The notes under the pieces are model-generated. The model worked only from the letters and a program-made list of their open reading frames with translations. It made no database searches and was not told the DNA's origin. From the IMG/VR virus record IMGVR_UViG_3300027374_000458, positions 1-64,000 of that record: DNA of 64,000 bases; one strand, given 5' to 3'. Source of the stretch: a virus (taxonomy: Duplodnaviria; Caudoviricetes). Below are positions 42,765-53,695 of the stretch, one piece after another (within the stretch, counting starts at the first letter, position 1; every line of letters begins with the position of its first letter). A program made the translations under genes and the position numbers.

Positions 42765-45700
42765 ATGCAATTTTTTGTTCGCCCCAACGGATTTCAAAAT
42801 GTCCGTCCTCGTCCACCTCACGGCGCATCAGCAATGACAGAAGATCGTAGTCAATGCCAAATTTTTTATAAACTTCATCCAGGTTTGTATCCTGTCCCTT
42901 CATAAACAGATTCAGCTTTTCTTTGACTAAAACCATCTGCATCAGGTTAGATTCCAGACTGCCAGCATAGGTAAGAAAGTAGATGTCCTTATACGCAGTG
43001 GAGTTGTACCGGATAAACCGCATATAGAATTGACTCATAGCCGCATTGTTGTAATGCAGCTCAGGAATAATAACACGATTGACGTACTCAAAATTAACGC
43101 TGCTGGGCAAACTCTGCTGGGTGCAGAGCAGTATGCCGTTTCCACTGTCCCGGAGCGTTTTTCGGAGTGCTCGGCGCTTTGCAAAAGAGGTGGTGGCACC
43201 GGTGACGACAAAGAGCGGTCTATCCGGCATGAACCCTTGGACCGCCTCGGCATACTTGTCTAATACAGACTTGTGGCGGACGCCAATGGCAACGGTTTCA
43301 TTCGGCCATTGGGCGGCCAGTTCCACCGCAGTTAAAATTTTTGCCGGCACATCTCCATTGTACTCGCTCATGGAATTGGGCGCCGCACTGAAGCGCAGCA
43401 GCAGGGTAATTTGCTGGATCAAACGGAGCATGGAATCCTTGCGGTGGTCGCCAGTGGAGGCAAAGTATCTTCGCTGAATCATATGGAAGTCACTGATAAT
43501 CTTTTTATAGATGATCTGCTCCTCCGATGTGAAGTCCACAAGGACCTGATGAAAACGACGAATCTCCTTCCCCACAATCTCCGCAAAGGTTCGTGTAATG
43601 ACGGTCTTTCCCAAAATATCACTGAGCACATCAGAATTGTAGATGTCCTGCGTCCGCTCATTGACGCCAAACACAGTTGCTTTTTCCGGCAAGTGACTGG
43701 CGGCGAACAACTTATAGCCCTTTTTATACGCAGGAATTGGCTCTCCGTAATGGATGTTTGGACTTGCCTCCAAATCGCCTGTTTTCCTGTCATAATGGTA
43801 GAGCTCAGTACACCATGAGATCATATTGATAGAATTATTATAAAGCAATTCCATCTGAGGCGCAAACTCCGAGATGTTATTGCGTGTGCTGGTGCCGGTA
43901 GTCAGCAGCTTGAAATGGCTGCGCCGAAAGCAGGTGAGCGAGGCTTTTGCCCGGATTGTGTCGGGATTGGCGATTTCATCACTTTCATCCAACACCAGCT
44001 GTATCTTCTGGTTGTGTTGCTTAATCCACCTCCTGATATGCCGCTGGAGCTGGCCCAGCTTGTTCAGTGTTACCAGTACAAAGTCACCGGGTTTGATATG
44101 TTTCAAATCCGCCAGCCGCTCCACAAATATATACTGGATATTGTAGTTTTTGAGGACTACATCCCAGTTGTTGCGGATGGAGATAGCGGAGGACACTACC
44201 CAGGTGGAATGAACATTTTGCCGCTCCATACGGTATAACCCCACGGCAATTCCTGCCAGCGTCTTACCACTGCCTTGCTCCCACTGGAGCATTCCGTATT
44301 GCTTTTGCAGGATCAGGTTGATGTCATGACGTTGGATGTCGTTCAGTCTGATATATTCTTCATTTTCTTCGTCCCACAGGTCAAACTGCCTCAGCCATGC
44401 TGCAATATCCGCATCCTCCTCCATCTTGGAGAAGTATTGGTTTTGAGTGTCATATTCTCGGCGCTTTCTCCGCAGCATTTTTGAAAAGCCGGGATACTCC
44501 TCCGAGGCTTCGTCCAATACCGCATGATAGATTGGGACGAGCCGGCGCATGGAATCGGACATCTGCCGGCGCACCTTGGCGCTGTACCCCTTATAAACAA
44601 GACAGCCTTCCTGCTTTACCAGTGCGATCACATCCCGCTCCGGTTTCTTGTTCTGTTTCCGGAGGGCTGTTCGCAGATAGGCAATCACCTTAGCCTCGGT
44701 CAGCCTAACTCGGCACCACTCGTCGTAGGACATATTGGGCGGCTGCACCTGGGTATAGAAGCGGTGCAGGTACTCACAGCACTTCATGTACTTGCCCCGC
44801 ACGGCGGGATGTGCCTTGATCTGATACAGCAGCTTTTGCGTCTGATAGACGAAATCCTGAGAGGACTGATGTTCTTTCGCCAGATCCAGCAGAATACGCG
44901 ATTTGTTCCGCTCCAGATCTGCTTTGGGGAGCAACAAAATTTTCTGATAGATCCACTCCGCCGTTTGCTGCGGGTCAAACCCAGCAGCCAATGTTTCCAT
45001 CGGTTCGATCTCATACCGCTTGGCGGTCCAACCCTCTGCGGTACTGCTTTTCTGCCAAAATTGGATCTTAGTCGCAAACGACTTTACCCCCAACTCGGCA
45101 AAGGCATCTTCCGGCAGTTTGACCTGACCCAGAAAACTGAACCGCTTTTCCATTTCGCGGATCATCTTCTTGTCCATAAATGGGTCGGCCAAAAAGGACT
45201 GCGGAACAATAAGCGATAAAATGCCAAGGGGCTTCAAAAGCTCTGCGGCTTTCACACAATAGAACAGCTGGGACAGCATTTCCTCCCCGCTTTCCGTTCG
45301 CCAGCGCAGATGAAAGGGCGGGTTGCCCACCACATAATCAAAACGCGGTTCCGGTGTGTAGGCGCGGATATCACCCTGGGTCAGATTTGCTTTGGGATAG
45401 AGAAAACGAGCCACCTTATATGCTTTCATATCCAGCTCACAGCCATAAAGGTTTTCCTCCACCGGAAAAAAATTGAAGAAGCTGCCTTTCCCGCAGGTGA
45501 GATCCGCAACCAGTTCGTAATCTGCCGGCCTGATTGCGGCTGCAACGAGGCGGCATAGTTCAGGCGGCGTAAAAAACTGCCCGTTTTCGATTTCCTTTTT
45601 TGCTTCGCTGAAGCTGTGGTAATCGGTATAGTCGCTTCGTTCCAGCCCATGCAGGCCACCGTCCCCGGTATAAGCATTGTAAATGTCCTCGCCGGTGATG

Positions 45701-45804
45701 CCGTATTCCTGAAAAGCACCGCTGTCGATCAAATAGAGCACTTTTTCGTTCAACGTCCTTCTCTGTTCCACAGTGAATAGGGCTGGTTGACACTGATATT
45801 TCAT
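42763..45804 (-). CDS. N6-adenine DNA methyltransferase fused to an SF2 (SNF2-like) helicase, DarB-like architecture
   Basis: GQFFTP, DLTCGKG, GNPPF; WEQGSGKT, LDESDE, TTGT, QFYMRFIR; RBS GGAGG. Confidence 0.85.
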   Translation of the reverse strand: MKYQCQPALFTVEQRRTLNEKVLYLIDSGAFQEYGITGEDIYNAYTGDGGLHGLERSDYTDYHSFSEAKKEIENGQFFTPPELCRLVAAAIRPADYELVADLTCGKGSFFNFFPVEENLYGCELDMKAYKVARFLYPKANLTQGDIRAYTPEPRFDYVVGNPPFHLRWRTESGEEMLSQLFYCVKAAELLKPLGILSLIVPQSFLADPFMDKKMIREMEKRFSFLGQVKLPEDAFAELGVKSFATKIQFWQKSSTAEGWTAKRYEIEPMETLAAGFDPQQTAEWIYQKILLLPKADLERNKSRILLDLAKEHQSSQDFVYQTQKLLYQIKAHPAVRGKYMKCCEYLHRFYTQVQPPNMSYDEWCRVRLTEAKVIAYLRTALRKQNKKPERDVIALVKQEGCLVYKGYSAKVRRQMSDSMRRLVPIYHAVLDEASEEYPGFSKMLRRKRREYDTQNQYFSKMEEDADIAAWLRQFDLWDEENEEYIRLNDIQRHDINLILQKQYGMLQWEQGSGKTLAGIAVGLYRMERQNVHSTWVVSSAISIRNNWDVVLKNYNIQYIFVERLADLKHIKPGDFVLVTLNKLGQLQRHIRRWIKQHNQKIQLVLDESDEIANPDTIRAKASLTCFRRSHFKLLTTGTSTRNNISEFAPQMELLYNNSINMISWCTELYHYDRKTGDLEASPNIHYGEPIPAYKKGYKLFAASHLPEKATVFGVNERTQDIYNSDVLSDILGKTVITRTFAEIVGKEIRRFHQVLVDFTSEEQIIYKKIISDFHMIQRRYFASTGDHRKDSMLRLIQQITLLLRFSAAPNSMSEYNGDVPAKILTAVELAAQWPNETVAIGVRHKSVLDKYAEAVQGFMPDRPLFVVTGATTSFAKRRALRKTLRDSGNGILLCTQQSLPSSVNFEYVNRVIIPELHYNNAAMSQFYMRFIRYNSTAYKDIYFLTYAGSLESNLMQMVLVKEKLNLFMKGQDTNLDEVYKKFGIDYDLLSLLMRREVDEDGHFEIRWGEQKIA

Positions 45805-45815
45805 ACCCGCCTCCG

Positions 45816-46706
45816 TCAGCACATAGTTCCGAGATATTTATGAGCAAATTCTCCAGCAAGCTCTCCATTGGAAAATTTCAAATCCACACGGCCATTTTTG
45901 AACATTTTCAGGCCCCTGATTTTTTCACCGCTGGGCCAGTCGATAAAGTCAACTGTTATGCTTTTCCCATCCAGCAGTTCAGGGACACCCTGGGGGAACG
46001 AATGATAGCTCCCCGTTTCAAAATGGACGGCTCCGCGCAAAATCTCCCGCATATCCTCTGTCAGTTTCCACCACTCACAAATACCGCACTCATAATTACT
46101 GAAATAATTCAAAAAATGGATTGTACCTTTAGCTACTTCAAATTTTGGTATCTGTTTCTGGATATTCCAAGCCGCCCTATGGCATCGCTCACATATCTCA
46201 TGGAACGCTTGTTCAGAGAAACTGCGTCCGTCCAGCCGTAGGATGATCTGTTCCATCACCGACTGATATGGAACGGTCAGAGTCTGTATCTGCTCTCGGT
46301 AATGCGCCGCTTCTGTTTTGGTGCAGTTTGCTGGTTCCTTCGGCAGAATGGATTTACATATGTCCTCAGCGTCTACCGTCACATGATAGGCTTCGTTAAA
46401 ATAGCGAACCAGCATATGGATAAAATCCGTATGCAGATGCTCAATGTGCGCGTCAATCGCCTCCTGTGATAGATCTGGGCCGTCCGGCGACAAAAGGTAG
46501 TCATGGAATTGAGGGTTGTCCTTTTGACCCCCCAACAGTTCCTCCTGTGCTCTTTTCATGTCGGACACAAAGAAAGCCAGTTCTTTAAACCCCGCAAGCG
46601 CCGCTTGATAGGCGGCCTGCTGGGCATCACAGTACTGCCGGTCGGCTGCGGAGAAGCGATTGTCTGCCCTGATTTCCACTGCTGCAAATTTTTCCAACAG
46701 ATCCAT
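45816..46706 (-). CDS. Hypothetical protein
   Basis: RBS AGGAGGG; C-terminal KMFKNGRVDLKF. Confidence 0.7.
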   Translation of the reverse strand: MDLLEKFAAVEIRADNRFSAADRQYCDAQQAAYQAALAGFKELAFFVSDMKRAQEELLGGQKDNPQFHDYLLSPDGPDLSQEAIDAHIEHLHTDFIHMLVRYFNEAYHVTVDAEDICKSILPKEPANCTKTEAAHYREQIQTLTVPYQSVMEQIILRLDGRSFSEQAFHEICERCHRAAWNIQKQIPKFEVAKGTIHFLNYFSNYECGICEWWKLTEDMREILRGAVHFETGSYHSFPQGVPELLDGKSITVDFIDWPSGEKIRGLKMFKNGRVDLKFSNGELAGEFAHKYLGTMC

Positions 46707-46791
46707 TGGTTGCATCCCTCCTGAAATTATTTGCCTGGGAGACAAAACGGCAATCCGTTTTGTCTCCCAGGCGGTTCTTCTGTTCACAGCA

Positions 46792-49374
46792 TTACTCAGA
46801 AATATCAGCGCTGCGGACAAGAAATGTGTTAGCTTTATAGCAGCCCTCGGTATCGACTGTCGCCGCACCGCCTAGGCTGTCCAGATACTGCGCTCCCGCT
46901 TTCGTCTTGGAGATATAAATATTGAACTTGGTATAAGTGAAACCTTCCGAGCGAGTTCCATGGTAATCGTCACTCAGCACCAGCACCGCACCCAGGGCAT
47001 TGGCCTTACGGCTGGCGAGCTCGATCATTAGGTCATTGATCTGGTGCTCCGTCTGGTCATTCACTCCGCCGAAATAAGGACATTCCAGAAACAGCGTTAA
47101 TTGTTCGCCATACGGAGTTTTCTCCGTTTGCCGCTCCTGGATATTCTCCACATCCACAAATGTGAAGGCCGTTTTTTTCTTACCCTCGTCGGCTTGGCCC
47201 ATCCGACCCTTTGTCAGCCGCAGGTATGCCCGGCCAACACGTTCCCCGGCTATCTCCGCATACAGAACCTTTTTATTGGAGTCAAAGCCGGATAGCAGGC
47301 ATTTTTTGTAGATACCTTGGTCGTAGGCAAGGCAAGTGCGCTGCGGCTGAATACCGAGAAGCATAGTGGAAAAGAAATCATCATGCTCCTTGATCATAAT
47401 TTCATCCTGCGATATGCGCGTATTCTCCTTCCAGTACGCTACCGCCTGTTCAGAAATATTCAAGTCCAGTTCCTTTTGCAGGTCGCCTTCAAAATACTTC
47501 AGCGTATCAAGCTGCCCCATTAGCTCCGCTTTTACAACCCGCAAAAACGCTTCTTGCTGGGGCGATTCCAAATTGCGCTGGTACAGATTGGCGATATAAG
47601 CTCCGTTGTGGCAGACAAACCGGGTGATCCCCTCCATGTACTTAGCCTTAAAATTATCGGTAAGTTCCATAATCTCGGAGAGTTGGTTCCAGTCAACATC
47701 AATCTCAACAATATGTGCTTTCAACGCGAAAACAGTGTCAAACTGGGCAAGATGTTCCAGATTTCGCAGAACAAGGATAACATCCTCCCGACTCTCCAGC
47801 GTGGGCAGAAGATGCCGCACGGTGTCAAAATGAATCAGCAACCGCACCGCATCCAAGGCATTCAAATCTCGAATTGCCTTGAAATCCTCCTGCATCCAGC
47901 GGTCTACCGGTTTCGTGTTCAGTTTCTCCGCCAATGCGTCCAGCTCTGCGCTGTCAGGAGCCTTTTTCAACAGCTTACGCTTTAGGAACTGGCGGATAAC
48001 CAGCAGCCGATAGTCCTGCTTTGGAGAAGTCAGCCTGTTATAAAGAGATACATATACCGCGTCGGCGTCATACAGTGTCCGGATCTCCTGAAACGTATAG
48101 ATGCGTTCCGGCATAAAATTTTCCACATGGAGCCGTCTGCTTACCATCCAGGCGCAATCTGACAAATCCTTTTCCGTCAACTCATTGAGATTGAAGTGCT
48201 GCTGGTACAAGGTCTCGTTGAACAGAATCGACGTAGACGGCACAGTCAAGAACGCTTCTGGGTTACCGTCTACCATGCGGATAAAATGCTTCTTATTTTT
48301 GACAATGGCGTGAAGAAGGATGTTTTCCTGCCAGCCGGTAATGCAGCCAAAGTCAATGGACTTGAATCGTTTTCCATAGAGAAGATTGACATATCCGGCA
48401 TAACTGGAAAAAATCTCTGTTAAATCCAGCTCCATATCAGCCGCAAGCCGCTGCTCCATAGTCTGCAATTCACCCAGCGGGCAGCCGCTCTCATGCCAAT
48501 AGCGCATAAATGCGTTTGCGGAGCCCGGCTCCAAACAGCCCAGGATGGAAGGGATCAGCCTGTGGTATTCCGGGGCATTTTGAGAAAACTGCGTATATTC
48601 TTTCATCCCCAACTGATCGCGGATATCCATTTCGCTCAAGAACTCCACAATACTGTTCAGGAGCGGATAGGAAATCAGCAGCTCGCTCACTTCTGCAAAA
48701 GATGCTGATGCAAACAGTTCCCTGTCGCCTGTGGCCTGTTTAAGTAAAAGCCCCTTTTGAGCCTCACTTAACTCAGAGGGCAGCTCAACGCAGTTTGAAA
48801 TACTCGCTGCCGCAATTTCCCGATCAGCCTCGGGCAGTTTCATCGGCGCAATGAGCCGCAGATAGTCAAGACGCTGCTGATCCGTCAGAGCATCTCTCTC
48901 CAGCGTCTCCATCAATTCTTTCAGTGGGCTGTCCGTAATATCAATACCGGCTGCTCGGCAGATGCCCAGAAACGCTACCAGCCGCTCTGTCAAAATGTCT
49001 CTCCGGCTGTGCGGCCGGGGCGGTTCGGGACGGTTGTACCCGTACCGATTGCCGCTCCGATACGGATGAACCGTCGCAGGCGCAGTGGTTTCTTCCTGCG
49101 GCGGTTCCTCGGGGAGAGCCGTCAAAAATGCCGCATAGTACGCGGCGAACGCAGTGTTCTGGAGCATTTCTTTCTGTAATTCAGGAGAGTATAACCTTAC
49201 GCCGCTAAGATGCTCTTCCATACGTTCACAGCATGCGGAAATTTCCGACAGGCCGAATGTGCGAACCCATTTCCGATCCAGGTGGTGCTTCTCCATTTTC
49301 AAAAGTACAGTCACGCGCTCCCGCATGACTGTGCTGAAATCATTCGGCAAAACTGCCAAAATCTGCTTTTCCAT
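46792..49374 (-). CDS. Large hypothetical protein (860 aa) with a possible C-terminal GNAT/PcfJ-like domain
   Basis: RBS AAGGAGG; MLLG...RTCLAY..G...CLLS.FDSNKKVL...VGRAYLRL. Confidence 0.75.
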   Translation of the reverse strand: MEKQILAVLPNDFSTVMRERVTVLLKMEKHHLDRKWVRTFGLSEISACCERMEEHLSGVRLYSPELQKEMLQNTAFAAYYAAFLTALPEEPPQEETTAPATVHPYRSGNRYGYNRPEPPRPHSRRDILTERLVAFLGICRAAGIDITDSPLKELMETLERDALTDQQRLDYLRLIAPMKLPEADREIAAASISNCVELPSELSEAQKGLLLKQATGDRELFASASFAEVSELLISYPLLNSIVEFLSEMDIRDQLGMKEYTQFSQNAPEYHRLIPSILGCLEPGSANAFMRYWHESGCPLGELQTMEQRLAADMELDLTEIFSSYAGYVNLLYGKRFKSIDFGCITGWQENILLHAIVKNKKHFIRMVDGNPEAFLTVPSTSILFNETLYQQHFNLNELTEKDLSDCAWMVSRRLHVENFMPERIYTFQEIRTLYDADAVYVSLYNRLTSPKQDYRLLVIRQFLKRKLLKKAPDSAELDALAEKLNTKPVDRWMQEDFKAIRDLNALDAVRLLIHFDTVRHLLPTLESREDVILVLRNLEHLAQFDTVFALKAHIVEIDVDWNQLSEIMELTDNFKAKYMEGITRFVCHNGAYIANLYQRNLESPQQEAFLRVVKAELMGQLDTLKYFEGDLQKELDLNISEQAVAYWKENTRISQDEIMIKEHDDFFSTMLLGIQPQRTCLAYDQGIYKKCLLSGFDSNKKVLYAEIAGERVGRAYLRLTKGRMGQADEGKKKTAFTFVDVENIQERQTEKTPYGEQLTLFLECPYFGGVNDQTEHQINDLMIELASRKANALGAVLVLSDDYHGTRSEGFTYTKFNIYISKTKAGAQYLDSLGGAATVDTEGCYKANTFLVRSADISE

Positions 49375-51481
49375 TATGAGGCGCCTCCTTCATCATAGTA
49401 ATCAATTTTTGCGCTTCGGCAAAACACATCTTTTCCCTATCGACCAATCTTGCGCAGAGTTTCAACAGGCAGACGTATTCGGTTGTGTCCATGGCTCGAC
49501 TGTCTTCAATACTCAACAGGTATTCGTACACAGCGGTATCGGCAATCTCCAGTTTGTTAGAATATCTGCTGTAGTTTTCGATGAACAGCAAAAGCGAGGC
49601 CATTGTCCCATCTGTGATCTCTGTAAATCTATTTCGCACCTCTTTTTCAAGCGCAAGCTGTTCCTGCCGCTCACGCTCCAGCCTGAGTGCTGTCTGCTCC
49701 GCTTTCTCTGCCTCTTTTTCCTCTGCTGTCAAATACCGCTCTTTCAGCCGGACAGTAGAATTTTTTACGAGCGAGGAGTGGGCCATTGCCAAGTCAAACA
49801 AAGCCCGCTGTTCTTCAGGGGAAAACAGGCGGGCAACAGCTTCTTTATCCAGTATTTCAGAAATCAGCGGGATATAATACTCCGTCTCAAATGCAAAGAA
49901 GTATTCAGACAGCCAATACAGCAGCAGACGCCGCATATCATCATCCAGGTATTCCTGGTCAAGTTCAAGTTTCACTTGACTACCTGACCCGTTGTAGCTG
50001 GACGAACAGGATGCCACGCTGTCGCGGAAAATGTGGTCGTTGCTAAAATAGGTGCTCAGTCCCTGAAACCCATACTGGGGCAGAAAATGCTTATAAAATT
50101 GGAATGTCTGAACTGTAGTCATGCCCCGCAGATAGGATTTGATATGCCCGATCATTTGAGACTTGACAGACATCCCTTCAGCATCTACGCTGCCCTGGAA
50201 TGTTTGCCAAAGGTCGATCACATCCTTTTTTACCAGCAGGCTGAAGTTGTGCCAATAGGAATGCTCCGCACTGTATTCCAAGTAGTCCTGGCCTGTCAAC
50301 TGATTAAACCTGGAGATTCTGGCCTTGATATCCTCTGTACTCAGTTCATCGTATAGAAGTGTTTCAAAAAACTCCGCATATTTTTGGAGTGTCAGCATGG
50401 CCGCCAGACTGTCCCAGTGGGAATCCATGATATCGAACTCCCGGAAAGCGTCGTGGGTGGGCGGGGCATAAGCACTGAACCACTGGAATGTTTCCAGGCT
50501 CCTGATCCTCGCACCACAGCTCAACGCGCAGAGCAGCTTATCCTGACCGTAGCACTTGATGGGGAATGTCTCATATTTTTTGAGCCATTCCGCAAGTTGG
50601 CCGTACACTTCGCTGGGGATCTGTGACTCGGTGCCAAAAACCTCTTTGAACAGATTGATCAGGATTTTCTCTGTCACAATAGAGTTCCAGCTCAACCGCT
50701 CTGCGGCCGGCGTAAGCCAAATTGCTCTCATGTTGGCATAGGCGATTTCAAGCGGGGTGTATCCGACCTTGGTCAGAAGTTCATGGTTCTTATCCCCTTC
50801 TTTGACAAACGATTTGGGCAAGGCACAGAGGGCTCGGAACAGCGCCATATCCTTTGTGCGGATCGACTTGACCAGTGGGCGAATCCGTGAAATCAGCCAG
50901 ACGAACAACCGCATATTGCCCATGACTGGGATAGTTCGTTTTTTTCCGATCAGATGCAGCAGCAGAGGCTTGAAGTGCAGAAAGGATTCTTCGGCATCGG
51001 GAAAAAGGCTCATTGCGAAAAGAATATCCTCCGTTTTACCATACTGCGCCTGCCGTAGCGCCGTTTCTAACTCACCGGCGATACTCTGACCCTCATAGAG
51101 CAGATAAAGCGCCCCAGTCAAATAGATGTCACTGGCAGAGGCTCTTTGCACCTTTTTCAGAAAATTGACACGCTGTGCCCCCACGAACATATCATCCGGC
51201 GTCAGGTCTTTGGTATAACCGAGCGCCAGAGCTATAGCGCGAAACTCCGGAAGTGTCATACCAAACCGCTCTTCATACCGCTCCAACAGCTCTCCGAGAT
51301 ACATAAAACCATACTTCTTTTGAAACTCGCCGTTTTCCTTGATGGAGAACGGGAAAATACAGTGCTCACGGATGGCACATATCTGAGCGTTATTCGCTTT
51401 GGTGGTATCCATAATAAAGGACATCAGATCTTGGAAAACTGTAAAGTTGACCTGCTTCTCCAGCGCATTCATTTCTTCCAT
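49340..51481 (-). CDS. Large helical hypothetical protein (713 aa)
   Basis: Long ORF with RBS GAGGAG. Confidence 0.75.
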   Translation of the reverse strand: MEEMNALEKQVNFTVFQDLMSFIMDTTKANNAQICAIREHCIFPFSIKENGEFQKKYGFMYLGELLERYEERFGMTLPEFRAIALALGYTKDLTPDDMFVGAQRVNFLKKVQRASASDIYLTGALYLLYEGQSIAGELETALRQAQYGKTEDILFAMSLFPDAEESFLHFKPLLLHLIGKKRTIPVMGNMRLFVWLISRIRPLVKSIRTKDMALFRALCALPKSFVKEGDKNHELLTKVGYTPLEIAYANMRAIWLTPAAERLSWNSIVTEKILINLFKEVFGTESQIPSEVYGQLAEWLKKYETFPIKCYGQDKLLCALSCGARIRSLETFQWFSAYAPPTHDAFREFDIMDSHWDSLAAMLTLQKYAEFFETLLYDELSTEDIKARISRFNQLTGQDYLEYSAEHSYWHNFSLLVKKDVIDLWQTFQGSVDAEGMSVKSQMIGHIKSYLRGMTTVQTFQFYKHFLPQYGFQGLSTYFSNDHIFRDSVASCSSSYNGSGSQVKLELDQEYLDDDMRRLLLYWLSEYFFAFETEYYIPLISEILDKEAVARLFSPEEQRALFDLAMAHSSLVKNSTVRLKERYLTAEEKEAEKAEQTALRLERERQEQLALEKEVRNRFTEITDGTMASLLLFIENYSRYSNKLEIADTAVYEYLLSIEDSRAMDTTEYVCLLKLCARLVDREKMCFAEAQKLITMMKEAPHNGKADFGSFAE

Positions 51482-51612
51482 TGCGTATTCTCCTCGCTTT
51501 CATTAAAATAGCCCGGAGAAATGGGCAGAATGCTCCATTTCCCCGGGGCTTCCAATCAAATTGCTGCCTATGCTAGGAAATGCAGCAGCTCACAATCAGC
51601 GTTCTTCTCCAA

Positions 51613-51798
51613 TCAGAATACATTGATGTCAATGGTTCCAGTAACACCATCAACGGCTTCCATCGGCGATGCAGGGTCGGGCCAAACGGTACACTTATCC
51701 CAGTCAACGCCGTCTTCGACATGCCTGAACAAAATATCGAGGTCACCGTGCTCAGATACCGCTTTTTGCAATTCGGCAATCAGTTCGCTTGCTTTCAT
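51613..51798 (-). CDS. Hypothetical protein
   Basis: MKASELIAELQK phage-like N-terminus; ATGA overlap. Confidence 0.6.
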   Translation of the reverse strand: MKASELIAELQKAVSEHGDLDILFRHVEDGVDWDKCTVWPDPASPMEAVDGVTGTIDINVF

Positions 51799-52175
51799 CC
51801 AAACACCAGCTTTCCAAACAGCGCATACTGCACGATGCAGTCGGCGTCTGCGGCATCCAGCGCTCCATAGTCTGCGAGCTGGAAATCCTCGATCCTTACC
51901 CGGCCGTCTTCCTTGATGTAGAGTTCAATGCCCTTCAGGAATTTCTCCAATGTCAGCTCCCACTTGTCCGGACTTTCGGCGTCATGCAGAACCAGGGTTC
52001 CGCCACGGGAGATATGCTCATGGGTGCAGCTTCCAAGCATTTCGCCAACGACCTCAGCATGGCCGCACCAGTAACAGATGCCGCCATTCAAAGCAGTACA
52101 CATGAGATTGTCAATGTCCTGCTGAATGATGCTTGTGTCCATCTCAATATGGACAGGATATTTTTTGTCATTCAT
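51795..52175 (-). CDS. Phage-like hypothetical protein
   Basis: ALNGGICYWC...DAADADCIVQYALFGKLVFG; RBS AAGGAG. Confidence 0.7.
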   Translation of the reverse strand: MNDKKYPVHIEMDTSIIQQDIDNLMCTALNGGICYWCGHAEVVGEMLGSCTHEHISRGGTLVLHDAESPDKWELTLEKFLKGIELYIKEDGRVRIEDFQLADYGALDAADADCIVQYALFGKLVFG

Positions 52176-52194
52176 CGGGCTGCTCCTTCCATTC

Positions 52195-52572
52195 TTACTC
52201 CGCAAATCTGAACTTCGGCTCTTTGCGCCGCTCCTCACAATGGCTGAGCCATGTCTTCATCGAATCGCTCCAGTGCTTTTGCCCCGCAGTGAACGTGCCG
52301 TCCGAGAAGATGATGCCTTGCTCGTTCTCAATCTGCCTGATCCAGAACGACTCTCCACCCCACTTGGGCTTAAACTCGATACGCCACGGCCCGGTTTCAC
52401 CAATACGCTTGGCAGCTTCCGGCGTGGGAAAGGACATTACGAACTGCTTGGTATAGTCCTGTTCCATCTGGTCAAACATCCAATTCTCAACGTCCTCCAG
52501 ATCCCGGAATGTCCTCTGTTCATTTTTGCGGGCAAAGTCGTTCCAGTACCGCTCATATTTAACTGTAATCAT
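52195..52572 (-). CDS. Hypothetical protein
   Basis: RBS GGAGG. Confidence 0.7.
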   Translation of the reverse strand: MITVKYERYWNDFARKNEQRTFRDLEDVENWMFDQMEQDYTKQFVMSFPTPEAAKRIGETGPWRIEFKPKWGGESFWIRQIENEQGIIFSDGTFTAGQKHWSDSMKTWLSHCEERRKEPKFRFAE

Positions 52573-52640
52573 TTAGTATGCCTCCGTATAGATGGTGTTT
52601 TGTGCATGCCTAAGCGGCATTCTGCAACCAAATCATCTGC

Positions 52641-53078
52641 TCAGCCGCTGTTTTCTACCTCCTGATAGTCTATTTCAATGGGGTCATCGGTCAGGATGTC
52701 GATATAATGGCGGAGAATCCCGGCCAATCTTTCCTCGGTCATCCCACAATCAATATCGCCCATCTTCCAAGGGTACATGGGCTGATACAGTAGATAAGCC
52801 TTGCCCTCATAATCATCACAGGCAGTCAGGTCGATGCCCTCTGCCTCCGCAATGACTTCCTTGAGGATCGTGGCGAGGCCCAGGTAGAAGTCCTGGTCGA
52901 ACTCCATGTAATTGTCCCAGGAGGGTTCTTCGATTTCCTGTTCGGAAAGCCAGCCATCAATTTTGGTCTTGAGCCGCGGCGCCAGTTCCAAAAGCGCCTG
53001 CAGCCGTGCCATATCTTGGGTGCCGATGTCATCCACACAGACGCCATAGCCATAGTTATGCCATGTAGAATAGCTCAT
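52641..53078 (-). CDS. Hypothetical acidic protein
   Basis: MSYSTWHNYGYG; ATGA overlap. Confidence 0.7.
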   Translation of the reverse strand: MSYSTWHNYGYGVCVDDIGTQDMARLQALLELAPRLKTKIDGWLSEQEIEEPSWDNYMEFDQDFYLGLATILKEVIAEAEGIDLTACDDYEGKAYLLYQPMYPWKMGDIDCGMTEERLAGILRHYIDILTDDPIEIDYQEVENSG

Positions 53079-53695
53079 TTGTCTGTACCCCCTTCATGCT
53101 TCTTATGCTTTTCCCGAATTGCTCTGGCCAGCAGTTCCCGGTCTGAAAGGAACCGGTCACTGTGTTCCCAAAGAAACTTGCTGGCAAAGTAGGTCAGAGT
53201 ACCGCCCCATTCACCAAGGATCTGCATGGCACTCAGGGAGGTATCCAGGGTCTTGTAGGTCCCCAGGTGCCAAATGCCCTTTTCACCATCCGTCTGAATC
53301 CTGCCCTCGGCGTAACAGTCGAGATAAATGCCTTCACTGCCGCCAAAGGCCACTTTTGTGACAAACATGAAGTCATCACAGTTGACCTTGATGGGAGAAC
53401 CCAGGGTGTCCGGCAGGAAATAGTCCAGGATAGCTTCCGTTTTGGCATAATGGCCGCTGTCCACTGCCATCTGGTGGATACCCCGCATCAGCGTTTCCCT
53501 GCTCTCACGGGTAATCTGAACTTTGACGCGAGGGTCATCTTCCAGGTACTCTTTACAGGTCTCCGCACTGGAGCAGCCATTGAACTGCCGCTGCACCTTT
53601 ATAGATGAATGTCCACAGTTGATAGTGGGGTCGTTCCCAGGGTCGGTAATGTGCCGCCATACACAGCGCCAACACGTTGGTTTTTCACATTTCAT
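53075..53695 (-). CDS. Hypothetical protein
   Basis: FGGSEGIYLD...LGTYKTL; ATGA overlap. Confidence 0.7.
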   Translation of the reverse strand: MKCEKPTCWRCVWRHITDPGNDPTINCGHSSIKVQRQFNGCSSAETCKEYLEDDPRVKVQITRESRETLMRGIHQMAVDSGHYAKTEAILDYFLPDTLGSPIKVNCDDFMFVTKVAFGGSEGIYLDCYAEGRIQTDGEKGIWHLGTYKTLDTSLSAMQILGEWGGTLTYFASKFLWEHSDRFLSDRELLARAIREKHKKHEGGTDK

